Assembly: GCA_041660105.1 (NCBI GenBank)
Contig: JBAZWZ010000003.1
Coordinates: 25,527 to 89,526, forward strand
Direction of reading: 5' to 3'
Source: Minisyncoccota bacterium
GTDB lineage: Bacteria; Patescibacteriota; Minisyncoccia; Phycocordibacterales; UBA1550
Length of the DNA: 64,000 nucleotides
Below the pieces are notes generated by a model that worked only from the letters and a program-made list of their open reading frames with translations, was not told the DNA's origin and searched no databases. Every line of letters begins with the position of its first letter. The first letter of the stretch is position 1. Both the position numbers and the translations under genes were made by a program. Positions 18,821 to 29,531 of this stretch are shown here, piece by piece.

Positions 18821-20776
18821 TTACCAGTCTAAGCGGATGACGGGCTCGTGGTCGGTGTCACCCTCTTCGCACTCGGTGAGTGAGTCATCGATGTCACCGA
18901 GGAATTCTGAGGGGAGGTTTACTTGGCGCTGGCCAAAGATAGTGCGCACGGATGCGTAGGACAGATATAGTTTCTTTTTTGCGCGCGTGATGGCCACGTA
19001 GAAAAGGCGACGCTCCTCCTCACTGTCTTCTTTTGACTGAGGGCCTTGGCCCATTCTCTTGTGAGGGAAGAGGTCTTGTTCAAGTCCGGTGACAAATACA
19101 TACGGGAACTCGAGACCTTTTGCGGCGTGCACGGTCATCATCTTTACTGCCTTTGAGCTCTTCATCATTGAGTCTTGATCGCTCGCAAGTGCAGCGTCGC
19201 CGAGGAGCTTTTCAACCGCTTCCTCTGGGGGGAGGATGTCATACTTTGTCGCGAGAGTTACGAGCTCGTGGATGTTCTCGAGGCGCTCATTGTCATCGTC
19301 TTTGTTGCCGGCTCTCAGTGAGCCCTCAATGCCTGACTTCTCAGAAACAAATTTGATGAGGTTTGAAGTTTTTTCAATGAGTGCGTATTCACGGATTGAC
19401 TCGAGGAGTGCCCAGAAATCAGCAACACGCTTTTGGCCACCTGGTGGCAAGCTCGCTTCGTCCTTCGCAAACATTTTCATAAGTGTTGCCTTGCCGATAC
19501 CACGTGGTGGCGCGTCGATGATACGCTTAATGTCCGATAGACTTTCGGGGTTGAGCGCCGCGCGGATATAGGACAAAATGTCCTTTACTTCTTTGCGCTC
19601 GAAGAAACGCACGCCGAGTACTTGATAGGGGATTTCCATCGTGAGAAATGCTTCTTCGAGTGCGCGTGATTGGAAGTTCGCACGATAAAGAACCGCGATA
19701 TCCTCGGGGTCAGTGCCACTGTCGATAAGAGACTTTATTTTTTCTCCGATGGTGCGCGCTTCTGCCCCCTCGTCGTAACTCTCAATGAGAGAAATTTTGT
19801 CACCCTCGATATTTCTTGTGAAAAGATTTTTCTCTTTGCGAACTTTATTTTTCTTGATGACACTGTTTGCTGCGGCGAGAATGATTTGTGTCGAGCGATA
19901 ATTTTCTTCAAGCAAAATTGTTTGCGCACCTTTGTAATCATTTTCAAAATTCAAAATGTTTTGCAAGTTTGCGCCACGCCAGCTGTAAATGTTTTGGTCG
20001 CCATCACCCACAGCACAAATGTTCATCGACTCACCCGCAAGCAAGCGCGCCATCTCGTACTGCACGGCGTTGGTGTCTTGGTATTCGTCGATGTGAATGT
20101 ATTTCCATCTGTTTTGATATTCGCGCCTGATCTCAGGGTGGTCACGCAGAAGAATCACCGTCTTCAAAATGAGATCATCAAAGTCGAGTGCGCTTTCGCG
20201 TGCAAGGAGTCGCTCGTAACGCTCCCACACTGCTGCAACAATCATCGGGAAGTATGCGTTGCCAACATCTGCTTTGTACTGCGCAAGGGTAATGAGTGCA
20301 CCTTTGTTTCTCGAGATGACGCCTGCGATACGGTCTGGAGAAAATTGTTTTGAATCAATCCCCTGTTCCTTTACCGCTTCTTTTATTAATGAGCTCGCAC
20401 TGTTTTTGTCGACAATCGTGAAATGTTTGTTGAGACCAAATGCTTGTGCGTGTGCACGGAGGATGTACACGCCGAGTGAGTGAAAAGTCCCCACGAATGG
20501 GCGCGCATCACCGTAGCGCATCCCCGCATCGAAACCATGTTTCTCGAGAAGATGATTTACGCGTTCTTGCATTTCTTTTGCTGCCTTGTTGGTAAAGGTA
20601 ATGGCGAGGATTTCACTTGGTGGTACACCTTCTTTTACAAGGTTGAGAATACGATGTGTGAGAGTGCTCGTCTTGCCCGTGCCTGCTCCTGCGATAATGA
20701 GAATGGGACCATCTTTGTGAATTGCCGCTTCTTTTTGTTTTGAATTTAAGTGGTCGAGGTGATCGAGGTGTGTCAT
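18821..20776 (-). CDS. pcrA: ATP-dependent DNA helicase PcrA/UvrD
   Basis: AGAGTGKT, TFTNKAA, DEYQD, HAAKGLEF, EERRLFYVAITRA. Confidence 0.95.
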   Translation of the reverse strand: MTHLDHLDHLNSKQKEAAIHKDGPILIIAGAGTGKTSTLTHRILNLVKEGVPPSEILAITFTNKAAKEMQERVNHLLEKHGFDAGMRYGDARPFVGTFHSLGVYILRAHAQAFGLNKHFTIVDKNSASSLIKEAVKEQGIDSKQFSPDRIAGVISRNKGALITLAQYKADVGNAYFPMIVAAVWERYERLLARESALDFDDLILKTVILLRDHPEIRREYQNRWKYIHIDEYQDTNAVQYEMARLLAGESMNICAVGDGDQNIYSWRGANLQNILNFENDYKGAQTILLEENYRSTQIILAAANSVIKKNKVRKEKNLFTRNIEGDKISLIESYDEGAEARTIGEKIKSLIDSGTDPEDIAVLYRANFQSRALEEAFLTMEIPYQVLGVRFFERKEVKDILSYIRAALNPESLSDIKRIIDAPPRGIGKATLMKMFAKDEASLPPGGQKRVADFWALLESIREYALIEKTSNLIKFVSEKSGIEGSLRAGNKDDDNERLENIHELVTLATKYDILPPEEAVEKLLGDAALASDQDSMMKSSKAVKMMTVHAAKGLEFPYVFVTGLEQDLFPHKRMGQGPQSKEDSEEERRLFYVAITRAKKKLYLSYASVRTIFGQRQVNLPSEFLGDIDDSLTECEEGDTDHEPVIRLDW

Positions 20777-20788
20777 CGAGACACTTTA

Positions 20789-20850
20789 GCACAAAATACA
20801 AGAGGCGCCGAGCACCAGTACTGGTGCTCGGCGCCTCTTGTATTTTGTGC
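20789..20850. repeat. Perfect 62-bp palindrome
   Basis: 31-bp arms with no loop, centre AGT|ACT. Confidence 0.9.
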
Positions 20851-21144
20851 CTACTCCTTAATATTGAAATCCTGAAGTGTCCTCTTTACTTCCGTTTCCA
20901 TAAGGCTCTGCATATCGGGCACGTGCTCTTCAAGGAAACGTCCTATGAGCTCTGGTTCGTTCTCGGCAGTGATGCGATCAAACTCCGCGCGCTCTCCAGG
21001 AGAAAGTTTTTCATAAATCGCAATCGTCGTTGATTTCAAAATAATCTCGCCGAGCTTGCCGACGATTTCATCCTGCGCCTCGGGAGGCAAACCCTCGAGT
21101 CCGAGCTCCTTTATTAATACTTCGCGAAGTTCTTGATTTTCCAT
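20851..21144 (-). CDS. Small acidic helical protein (DUF5663-like)
   Basis: ELGLEGLPPEAQDEIV pattern; 97 aa. Confidence 0.65.
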   Translation of the reverse strand: MENQELREVLIKELGLEGLPPEAQDEIVGKLGEIILKSTTIAIYEKLSPGERAEFDRITAENEPELIGRFLEEHVPDMQSLMETEVKRTLQDFNIKE

Positions 21145-21158
21145 AATGATATTATTAA

Positions 21159-23693
21159 CTATTTATGCAGAGCACTCAACATTGATGCACGTTTGAGATA
21201 TGTTTCTGCGGTGTCGCCCTTGTCTAAGTTCGTGCCCGTCTCGATAAACACTTTTCTAAAGTAATCCTGCATCTCATGAAGCTTGGATGGGTTGTTGATA
21301 CCAATAGTTGGGGCATCCCCAGGGAGAACTATTGGTTTTGCATTCATTATTTCCTCCACAGTTTTGTTTGCAAATCCAAACTCTGGATTTTTCCAATCAG
21401 AAGTTGTCGTGCCATCTACTGCGCCAAATCCGAGTAAACCTTTTGATCCAAGAACATCGGTTACGCGAGTATGAAACTGTTGATCGGCAACTTTGATGAT
21501 CTCAGGGTCCGTCGAGGAGACTTCTTGAGGCGCGGTATTTGTTGCGGGAGTAGCTTCGGTTGTCTCGACTAAACCAGAAGGATACACTTCAGTTGGGTCT
21601 TTGAACACATCCCCGAACGTATTTTCGGTGTCAGCAACCATGCTTGATATCTGGTCTCTAATAAAATCAGCCTCTTTACTAAACTGCCCACCGTGTTGAT
21701 CAAGAGCGTGAAGAATTTGTTCGTGTTGATAAATAGCAAACGCTCTGTTTTCCACAACGCTTGTGTTGAGCGATGATTCACCTGTTGCGTTACTCAATAC
21801 CACCCCCCTCCATCCGTCATTTAATATTTTTTGTGCCTCAATTGTTTGTGGGTAAACAAGTTCTCCATTTGTGACAAAGCCTGTGATGGTACCATCGGCC
21901 GCCTTGATAAATGTTCCTGTTGTCCCGTCAACTTTTATCGTGTTGTTTTCGAGAATATTACTTTCTGGCGTAGTGAGGGGTTCCGCCTGTCCGTTCTCAA
22001 TATATCCTTCGGTTTCGTAAACTGGTGCGTTCTCATAATTTGCGATACTTGCTACCTCCTCGGGAGCTAACCCCTTTGCAGAGGCTATCGCATTATCCAT
22101 AAACTCTTTGTCGTTCAAAATTATTTCAAAATCAACCCCTTGCCCTACTTGAATAGTATTTATATCTGTTATGCCAAACTGATCAGGGTGCTCAGTGATT
22201 TGATCCTTCACACTATCGATAAGGTATGTTTGTTGTTCAGGAGAAAGTCCCGCGAGGCTTCCGTGAGCGCTCAGTTGAGCCTCTGCCATCTTCCAAATGG
22301 AATCTCCTGGCTTCGCTATTTCAATAAATGAACCAGCTGAGACAAGGTTTTCTGTAATTGGCGCTGTAGTGTGTGCAGGGGTCTCAAGGGGGGGAAGAGA
22401 GGAACCACTACTAATAGAGTCGTGCGGGCTGTGAGCAAAATCAACAAGAGGATTGAGAACGCTGTCGTGGAGAACTCTTGGCAGACACAAACCAACAACC
22501 ACTGCGAGACTAATTGCAAGTTTTTGATGTCTTGATTTCTCTGCTGTTGTGCGGGGGTCCCCAGTTTTATTCTCAACAGCAGTCCTAAGCTTCTCGTCTG
22601 TTGCGGTATAGAGACCAGCCATACCAAGCGCACGCATAATCCCTCCAACAGTCGCGACTGGAATAGCAGCAGATGCACCAAGTCCGGCGCCTGTCAAAAT
22701 CAGAGCACCAGAAATTGCAAATTTGTAGCCAAGAGGAACTTTGTTCCATCGCTCCCCTATCCCACGAAGCAATTCTTTTGGAACCGCCGCTTTCTCTGCG
22801 CGCGCTTCGATAGCAGACTGCTTTTCTGGATTATAAATTGCCTTGAGCATTCGCTCCTTTTTTTCTTCAGGAGTTTCTTTTTCAACCGACGAAATATTTT
22901 CAACTGTCGCCGCTTCCTCGAGTGGCTCAATGGCGTCAACAGACTCGGCGGGGCTCTCCTGTTTAATGTCCGCAGAAACCTCACTCTCAACCACATCGGT
23001 AAGTGTTGGGATTGTTCTATCAAGCAGCGCAACTCCTTCGCCTGGTGTTTGAGTGGTGAAATCAAGATTAAAATCTTCTTCCATTTTTTCTAATCCCCGC
23101 TCCTTCAGATCACTCTGCGCTTGTTCATGGCGTGCTTTGGAATATCTTTGCAAATTCCCCCAAACAGTTTTCCCTGACTCAGAATCAATGACATCAGCGA
23201 CGCTGGCGAACATCTCTAAAATATCGGCGGCCTTCTTGTGACGAATTGCCCAGTTTTTCGCTACGTCTGTTTGCCCTGCTTTCTGCGCCTCCTGTATACG
23301 GGCACTAGTTTCTGCCACCTCCTTTTCGATGGCAAGCTTTTCTTTATTGAATACAGAAACAATCTTTGCGCGGTCCCCTGCTTCATTTGTAGCATCTGCA
23401 CTTTTGATCGCCTCGGCGAGAACAAGGGGATTGGCTTTTGCACCGTTCCCCCTGTGGTTGCGACCATTTTTGTTGGGCAAAGTCGCCTTCTTAATGATTT
23501 TTTCCGTAATTTCCTCAGTTGCTACTGGGGCAGGTGAAGAGAGCCCCAACTCCTGTTTTATCCCTTCTGTTCTAAGTTGCGAATCTCCCTGCCCCTTTGA
23601 TAACTTGGACATAAGTTGCGCCCCTATGCTACTTTCCCCCTGAGCATCCGCGTTTCTCGCTGCCCCGATGAGTTGTTTTTCAAGATTGTTCAT
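21159..23693 (-). CDS. Large hypothetical membrane protein with a LysM-like segment
   Basis: Coiled N-terminus, central hydrophobic helices, IAKPGDSIWKMA...I.VGQ. Confidence 0.7.
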   Translation of the reverse strand: MNNLEKQLIGAARNADAQGESSIGAQLMSKLSKGQGDSQLRTEGIKQELGLSSPAPVATEEITEKIIKKATLPNKNGRNHRGNGAKANPLVLAEAIKSADATNEAGDRAKIVSVFNKEKLAIEKEVAETSARIQEAQKAGQTDVAKNWAIRHKKAADILEMFASVADVIDSESGKTVWGNLQRYSKARHEQAQSDLKERGLEKMEEDFNLDFTTQTPGEGVALLDRTIPTLTDVVESEVSADIKQESPAESVDAIEPLEEAATVENISSVEKETPEEKKERMLKAIYNPEKQSAIEARAEKAAVPKELLRGIGERWNKVPLGYKFAISGALILTGAGLGASAAIPVATVGGIMRALGMAGLYTATDEKLRTAVENKTGDPRTTAEKSRHQKLAISLAVVVGLCLPRVLHDSVLNPLVDFAHSPHDSISSGSSLPPLETPAHTTAPITENLVSAGSFIEIAKPGDSIWKMAEAQLSAHGSLAGLSPEQQTYLIDSVKDQITEHPDQFGITDINTIQVGQGVDFEIILNDKEFMDNAIASAKGLAPEEVASIANYENAPVYETEGYIENGQAEPLTTPESNILENNTIKVDGTTGTFIKAADGTITGFVTNGELVYPQTIEAQKILNDGWRGVVLSNATGESSLNTSVVENRAFAIYQHEQILHALDQHGGQFSKEADFIRDQISSMVADTENTFGDVFKDPTEVYPSGLVETTEATPATNTAPQEVSSTDPEIIKVADQQFHTRVTDVLGSKGLLGFGAVDGTTTSDWKNPEFGFANKTVEEIMNAKPIVLPGDAPTIGINNPSKLHEMQDYFRKVFIETGTNLDKGDTAETYLKRASMLSALHK

Positions 23694-24180
23694 TGATTGT
23701 TCAATTATCGCACACTAATGCAGAAACGCACAAATATTTTGCCAACTCGTTGATAATATTAGACCAAAATTGCGTACAAAAGTCAATGGTTGCCGCCCGC
23801 CTAAGTTTACTGTTTGTAAGAGGTATTTAGTGTATATTTACCAAGACTCTTTTGGCAGACGACGAACACCCTTTTGAGCAGAAACTTTTGGCGGGTGAAT
23901 TTTCCACAGCATATCCCCAATTCCCTCCAAAAATGACCCGCTTTGTGCTACCATTTATATAACCACGGGGATTGGCCCCAGGTTTGCCGAAAAGAAGATA
24001 TTTTCCCGTCACGACCGCCCGACCGCCCGATACCTATCTCACAGTAACATTTCTACAAAACTACAGGACCCTAGCCGCGAGGAGAAGACTGGCTGGGCGA
24101 AATACCCATATTTTATAAAGCTTGCCCGAAAAAAGTCGTGGCGAGCGACTTTCGTCGGGCTTGCTAGCAACGGGCTTCTT

Positions 24181-25230
24181 TTGCTTTTAGTTGGCGTTTT
24201 TTTGTTTTTCCCTGTTTCAAAAGCCAGCGCATTTGGTCCTTCTGACCTCATTAGCTGGTTTTTCTCAACACCCGCATCGGCCTCAGAGGAAGTACTTGCG
24301 CCTCAAGTTTCAAGAATTGACGACAATTTCCTCGATAGTAAAGGAAATCCAAATCCAGCCCAGACAAATGCTGGCTTTTCTATGGATGATAAGGCTTTTT
24401 CTTCAGAAACTGGCCCTTCGGGGACCATCGCAGACGTGGAAGCGAATGACCACCAAGGGAAAATTAGTCTTTATGTTGTTCACAAAGGAGATACGCTTGC
24501 GCAGGTTGCCAAAATGTTTGAGGTAACCGTGGAAACTATCCTTTGGGCAAACAATCTTACAAGTGGAACAAGTCTCTATGAAGGACAATTGCTCGATATA
24601 TTGCCAGTAGATGGCGTGCAATATGTGGTTAAAAAAGGAGATACCATTCAGGGAATTACCAAGCAGTACAAGGGCAAACTCGACGAAGTAATGGAGTTCA
24701 ACGATATTGAGGTGGGGCAGAAGCTCTCTGTTGGTGAAATTATCATTATTCCAAATGGTAAAAAAGTATCAGCATCAGCGCCTGTGTCCGAAAACATTGC
24801 AATTCTTTCGAAACCTTCAGTTGCTGGGTATTACACGCATCCAGCTCCCGCCGCAACACGAAGATCGCAAAATCTCCACGGCCGTGTTCACAAAGGTGTT
24901 GATTTTAGTGGACCAATAGGAACACCCGTATATGCAGCAGCAGAAGGTGTGGTAATCCAGAGCCAGTTTACGTCATCGTATTGCGGACGCGGTTGTTTCG
25001 GCGATTATGGAAACAATGTTTGGATTAAGCACCTAGATGGCTCCATCACGGTTTATGCACATTTGAGTGCAGTTTATTTCAAAAAAGGTGTAAGTGTTAT
25101 TAAAGGACAGCAGATTGGTGAAATGGGAAACACTGGCAGGTCAACGGGCTCACACCTTCACTTCGAAGTTCGCGGAGCAAGCAATCCCGGACAGTATGGC
25201 AATGGTTTTAATCAAGGGTGGGGTAAGTAG
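24181..25230 (+). CDS. LysM x2 + M23 peptidase (true start probably upstream)
   Basis: YVVHKGDTL, YVVKKGDTI, HKGVD, YAHL, GRSTGSHLHFEV. Confidence 0.9.
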   Translation: MLLVGVFLFFPVSKASAFGPSDLISWFFSTPASASEEVLAPQVSRIDDNFLDSKGNPNPAQTNAGFSMDDKAFSSETGPSGTIADVEANDHQGKISLYVVHKGDTLAQVAKMFEVTVETILWANNLTSGTSLYEGQLLDILPVDGVQYVVKKGDTIQGITKQYKGKLDEVMEFNDIEVGQKLSVGEIIIIPNGKKVSASAPVSENIAILSKPSVAGYYTHPAPAATRRSQNLHGRVHKGVDFSGPIGTPVYAAAEGVVIQSQFTSSYCGRGCFGDYGNNVWIKHLDGSITVYAHLSAVYFKKGVSVIKGQQIGEMGNTGRSTGSHLHFEVRGASNPGQYGNGFNQGWGK

Positions 25231-25238
25231 GGAGGGGC

Positions 25239-25338
25239 GGAATATGGGATTTGGAATATAGAATATGGAAGAGAAACGCATGGGGCCAAAGGCCTCATGC
25301 GTTTCTTCTAAATCCCAAATCCCATATTCTAGATTCTA
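25239..25338. repeat. Heptamer-repeat / hairpin / inverse-heptamer element between convergent genes (probable bidirectional terminator)
   Basis: GGAATATGGGATTTGGAATATAGAATATGG, hairpin GAAACGCATGGGGCC-AAA-GGCCTCATGCGTTTC, CCAAATCCCATATTC. Confidence 0.7.
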
Positions 25339-26877
25339 TTTAAGTTCCGTCGGTCGATATGCAAGTGCTTCAAGCAAATGTTTTTCTTCGATACTTGAGG
25401 AGTTGTCGAGGTCGGCGATGGTGCGGGCGACTTTGATGGTCTTGTGATGCGCGCGGGGAGAAAGTTTGAGGCGCTCGGCGGCGGCATTGAAGAGTGAGCG
25501 GAGGGCTGGCGTGAGCTCGATAAATGATTCGATATCATCGGCGCGCATCTCGCTGTTGGTGGTGATGTTGCGTGGGTGATTGATAAAGCGAGCCTCTTGA
25601 ACGGCGCGCGCGTTTGCGATACGCTCACGCACGGTCTCTGTCGACTCTCCTGTCGCTGCTGCGGAGAGTTTGTCGTGACTCATATGAGAAACTTTTACCC
25701 AGAGCTCGATGCGGTCAACGATGGGACCTGAGAGTTTGCGTGTGTATGATGCGAGCGTACCGGGCATACACGTGCAACGCTCCTCACTTCCGTATTTACC
25801 ACAAGGACAAGGGTTCATCGCAGCGAGCAAGATAAATCGTGCAGGAAATGAGTCGTGACCTTTTGAACGTGTGATGCGGATATGTCCCTCTTCGAGTGGC
25901 TCACGAAGTGACTCGATGACACGTCTGTCAAACTCAGGAAATTCGTCAAGAAAAAGTACACCACGATGAGCAAGAGTAATCTCTCCTGGCTTTGGTGTGG
26001 AGCCTCCTCCGATGACGGCAGGATACGAAGCTGTGTGGTGAGGTGCGCGGAGCGGTGGTCGCGTCATAATATTTTCACGAAGCGTGCCTGCGACGGAGTG
26101 AATCCCTGTCACTTCGAGTGCGTGTTCGTTATTTAAATCAGGAAGAAGATGTGAGAATGCCTGTGCGAGCATCGTCTTGCCGGTGCCTGGCGGTCCCCAC
26201 ATTGCGAGGTTGTGATTGCCGGCTGCGGCTATCTCGAGTGCGCGCTTTGCAAACTCTTGACCTTTGATGTGAGACAAATCAACTTTTAATTTTGAGTCTA
26301 CTTGTTCATTTTCAGAAAGATTTTCATCACGCTCACTTTTTTTAAGAAAAAATTTATTGTTTGCATCAAGATGTTGAAGTACCTCGCTGAGATTGCGCAC
26401 GCCGTATACCGTGATGCCATCGACAAGGGCTGCCTCATCTGCGTTTGCGAGTGGTAAATATATTTCAGTGAAGCCAGATTTCTTTGCGGCGTTGGCTATA
26501 AGAAGCGCGCCGTGAATAGGACGAAGGATGCCATCGAGAGAAAGTTCTCCGAGGAAAAGTTTTCCTGTTGGGTCAAACTCAGTTTCGCCAGATGCCATCA
26601 AGTATGCGAGGGCGATGGAGAGGTCGTAGTGCGCACCTTCCTTCTTGAGCTCAGCGGGGGCGAGTGAGATTACCACTTTTTGATTTTTCTGTTTTGGGGA
26701 TTCAAAGCCAGAATTCTTCACCGCTGCACTGACACGGTCGCGCGACTCGTCGACTGATGTGCTTGGAAGGCCAACGACGGCAAATGCGTTGAGACCTTTC
26801 GAGAGATCAACCTCAACATCAATGATGTGAGCGACGAGGCCAACTATTTGAGCAGAATAAAGTTTTGAAAATTGCAT
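25336..26877 (-). CDS. comM: YifB/ComM Mg-chelatase-like AAA+ ATPase
   Basis: VGLP..SVDESRDRV, GPPGTGKT, LAHRGVLFLDE, AMNPCPCG; start placed at ATG 26877. Confidence 0.92.
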   Translation of the reverse strand: MQFSKLYSAQIVGLVAHIIDVEVDLSKGLNAFAVVGLPSTSVDESRDRVSAAVKNSGFESPKQKNQKVVISLAPAELKKEGAHYDLSIALAYLMASGETEFDPTGKLFLGELSLDGILRPIHGALLIANAAKKSGFTEIYLPLANADEAALVDGITVYGVRNLSEVLQHLDANNKFFLKKSERDENLSENEQVDSKLKVDLSHIKGQEFAKRALEIAAAGNHNLAMWGPPGTGKTMLAQAFSHLLPDLNNEHALEVTGIHSVAGTLRENIMTRPPLRAPHHTASYPAVIGGGSTPKPGEITLAHRGVLFLDEFPEFDRRVIESLREPLEEGHIRITRSKGHDSFPARFILLAAMNPCPCGKYGSEERCTCMPGTLASYTRKLSGPIVDRIELWVKVSHMSHDKLSAAATGESTETVRERIANARAVQEARFINHPRNITTNSEMRADDIESFIELTPALRSLFNAAAERLKLSPRAHHKTIKVARTIADLDNSSSIEEKHLLEALAYRPTELK

Positions 26878-26939
26878 AAGGGGGAACAGGGGGAACAAAA
26901 ATTCACTGGGGTGCACAGGAAGAACAGAACGCTTCGCGA

Positions 26940-27302
26940 CTAACCTTCTCGGTGCGCGATACAAGTTGGGGCTGCAGGGTTTGCATGGAGGCGTGCGTCT
27001 TCGATAGCAGCTCCGCACACACGACAGATGCCGTAGGTGCCTGCTTCGAGTCGTGCAAGTGCTGAGTCAACTTCGAGAAGTCGTGCCTCAAGTTCCACCT
27101 CGATTGCCGCACTTCCTTCAAAAGCTTCGATCTCTGTCGCAACATCATTTTCGTCAGCGTTGATATCGTTTAGATCTGGCGCAGATGGCTCCCAGTCGCC
27201 AGCGATGTCAGGATTCTTGTGTCCTACACCAGAGAGTTCACCCTCAAGCTTTGCCTTCTCTCCAAGAAGCATACCTTTTAATTCTGAAATATTTGTTGTC
27301 AT
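26940..27302 (-). CDS. TraR/DksA C4 zinc-finger protein
   Basis: DENDVA; GTYGICRVCGAAIEDARL.ANP....C. Confidence 0.85.
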   Translation of the reverse strand: MTTNISELKGMLLGEKAKLEGELSGVGHKNPDIAGDWEPSAPDLNDINADENDVATEIEAFEGSAAIEVELEARLLEVDSALARLEAGTYGICRVCGAAIEDARLHANPAAPTCIAHREG

Positions 27303-27320
27303 GATAGTAGTTTATATTGT

Positions 27321-28331
27321 TTATTTTGAAGCCGCAATGGGGAGAAGGGTTTCGAGCGCTGACTTGCTTCCTGTTATTACGATGGTGGTAGGATTTGCAA
27401 ATGAGTATACAATACTATCTCCTGTCGCTGACGTAATCATACGAACATCCTTGTTGAGAATAACCACGTCCTTGAATTTTGCCGAAGAGAAGATTCCCTC
27501 GTCGAAACTCGTCCCAAAAACTGTGTCAAAAAATACTGGCAGTGTTGCCTCCCATCCGAGCATCCCAGCGAGACCTGTATCACTTCCCGAGACTTTTAAT
27601 ATTATAAAAGGAGAAGCAGTGTTACTTGCATCGCCGACGAAACCAACCATAAATGGCCTTTCGAGTGAGCGTGTGAGGATTTCTGGAGCGGCGATGCTGG
27701 TAAGCATTAAAAAGCGATTTGCAGAGATTGCAGCAGTAGTGCTAGCGCTTGTTTCCTCAAAATACATATTTTTAATGAAACCTATTGCGAGAGTCTGCTG
27801 TTTTTCGGATGAAATCGAAGAAAAAATCTGAGCGCGTGTTTCGTTGGTGACATTAAATCTATTTTCTGAATCAACGGTGAGGATTGCGCTTGCGAGTGCG
27901 GGAGTTGATGGAATTGTTGACGAGGCAATTCCCGTGTTTGAGGTTTTTCCAAAAGAAGGCATAGAAATACTTGGCAATTTGATTGCACCAAGTTTCGGTA
28001 ATACAAAAACGGCTGCTCCTCCAAGAAGACCAATTACCAGAAGAATAATAATGACTACAACTATGCGACCAATTGGTTTCGGTGCTGCTGGGACAGACTC
28101 AGAGTGCGCCTGTCTTTCAGCTTCAGCCTCGGCTTGCAAACGTGCGTTCTTCTTTTGTTCAGCGATTGCGATTGAAACCGTTGTCTCTTCGTTGTTGCGG
28201 ATTGCTTCCGATGCATCAAGTTTCATCGTGCGAATAACACGCGGAATAATCTTAGGCTCTGTACTCGGAGATTCGGGTGTTCCCTGGTAAACACCTGGCT
28301 CTAGTTTTTGTTTAGGTACGATAGGTTCCAT
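27321..28331 (-). CDS. Single-pass membrane hypothetical protein
   Basis: IRTM..D, central TM, AGML.WE, FKD.VILNKDVR; start placed at ATG 28331. Confidence 0.7.
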   Translation of the reverse strand: MEPIVPKQKLEPGVYQGTPESPSTEPKIIPRVIRTMKLDASEAIRNNEETTVSIAIAEQKKNARLQAEAEAERQAHSESVPAAPKPIGRIVVVIIILLVIGLLGGAAVFVLPKLGAIKLPSISMPSFGKTSNTGIASSTIPSTPALASAILTVDSENRFNVTNETRAQIFSSISSEKQQTLAIGFIKNMYFEETSASTTAAISANRFLMLTSIAAPEILTRSLERPFMVGFVGDASNTASPFIILKVSGSDTGLAGMLGWEATLPVFFDTVFGTSFDEGIFSSAKFKDVVILNKDVRMITSATGDSIVYSFANPTTIVITGSKSALETLLPIAASK

Positions 28332-28371
28332 TGCGTATATTATAACGTGTATTGTGACGACTATACAAGCG

Positions 28372-28429
28372 GTGACGTGCAAAATAAAAGGCAATCACGA
28401 AAGTGATTGCCTTTTATTTTGCACGTCAC
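28372..28429. repeat. Perfect 27-bp-arm hairpin (GAAA loop)
   Basis: Direct reading. Confidence 0.9.
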
Positions 28430-28433
28430 TGTG

Positions 28434-29024
28434 CTACTCGCTTTTTGCTGGCGGAGCCTTGCGACGCGGTGCTTGTTTGCGTGCAGGGCGGCGAGCACCA
28501 CCTGCTCCGCCGTGACCACGGGAGCCGAGGAGATATTTGTGCTGATCGTCACACATATCGATGAAGTCATCGCATGCTTCACGGAGTTTGCCTGAAGCAG
28601 AGCGGCCAAAGGTAATAACTTCAACCTGTGTGCCCATAAACTTCAAGTACTCTACGAGCGGTACGAAGTCGCCGTCACCTGATGCGAGCACGACTGCGTC
28701 TACCTTTGAGCCGACACGGATTGCGTCAACTGCGAGACCTACGTCCCAGTCTGCCTTTTTTGCGCCACCAAAAAAGATTTGGAGGTCTTTTGTCTTTGTT
28801 TCGATGCCGAGGCTGTTGAGCGCTTCGAAGAAACTCTTTTCTTCTTCGCCTTCTGTGGTGATCACATACGCGATTGCGCGTACGAGATGTCTTCCTGCTA
28901 CTGCTTCTTTGAGAACTGCTCCAAAATTTACTTTTGCTCCATAGAGATTGCGAGCACTGTGATAAAGGTTCTGCGCGTCGATGAACATCGCTACGCGCTG
29001 CTCCTTCTGTTTGATAATTGCCAT
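28434..29024 (-). CDS. NYN domain protein (LabA/DUF88 PIN-like)
   Basis: FIDAQN, KADWDVGLAVD, SGDGDFVPL. Confidence 0.9.
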   Translation of the reverse strand: MAIIKQKEQRVAMFIDAQNLYHSARNLYGAKVNFGAVLKEAVAGRHLVRAIAYVITTEGEEEKSFFEALNSLGIETKTKDLQIFFGGAKKADWDVGLAVDAIRVGSKVDAVVLASGDGDFVPLVEYLKFMGTQVEVITFGRSASGKLREACDDFIDMCDDQHKYLLGSRGHGGAGGARRPARKQAPRRKAPPAKSE

Positions 29025-29152
29025 ATTGTAAAATATTTGCGCTAATGCGCCTAAAAACTAATGTATTAAAAATGATTACTCCCTGTTTAGTATCGCACGG
29101 ATTGAAATAAACAAAAAGTCCCGAATCAGATGATTTGGGACTTTTTTCATTT

Positions 29153-29416
29153 TTATTTCAAACCAACCTTTTTTATAATAGATTCGTATCTGTCTTTACT
29201 CTTTCTCTTCAAGTAGTTCAAGTGTGTGCGACGATCTGCAACCATCTGGAGCAAACCACGGCGGGAGTGGTTATCCTTGTGGTTTTTCTTCAAGTGGATA
29301 GCGAGCGCGTCAATAGTCTTGGAAAGAATAGCAACCTGAGCCTCTGGAGAACCAGTGTCAGTCGCGTGAATCTGCGCTTTCTTGATAATTGCCTGCTTTG
29401 TCTTTGTCGTAATCAT
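29153..29416 (-). CDS. rpsO: 30S ribosomal protein S15
   Basis: DTGSPEAQVAIL...HLKKNHKDNHSRRGL; start ATG 29416. Confidence 0.95.
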   Translation of the reverse strand: MITTKTKQAIIKKAQIHATDTGSPEAQVAILSKTIDALAIHLKKNHKDNHSRRGLLQMVADRRTHLNYLKRKSKDRYESIIKKVGLK

Positions 29417-29531
29417 TGCAAGCACTTTAGCATATCTTGTCAAATATTGCAAGTCAGCGGAATAAGTTCCAGAAAATGGGTATTTTAAGGATAAATCAGA
29501 GAAGATTAATTGTGGGTGGTAATATTGTCCC

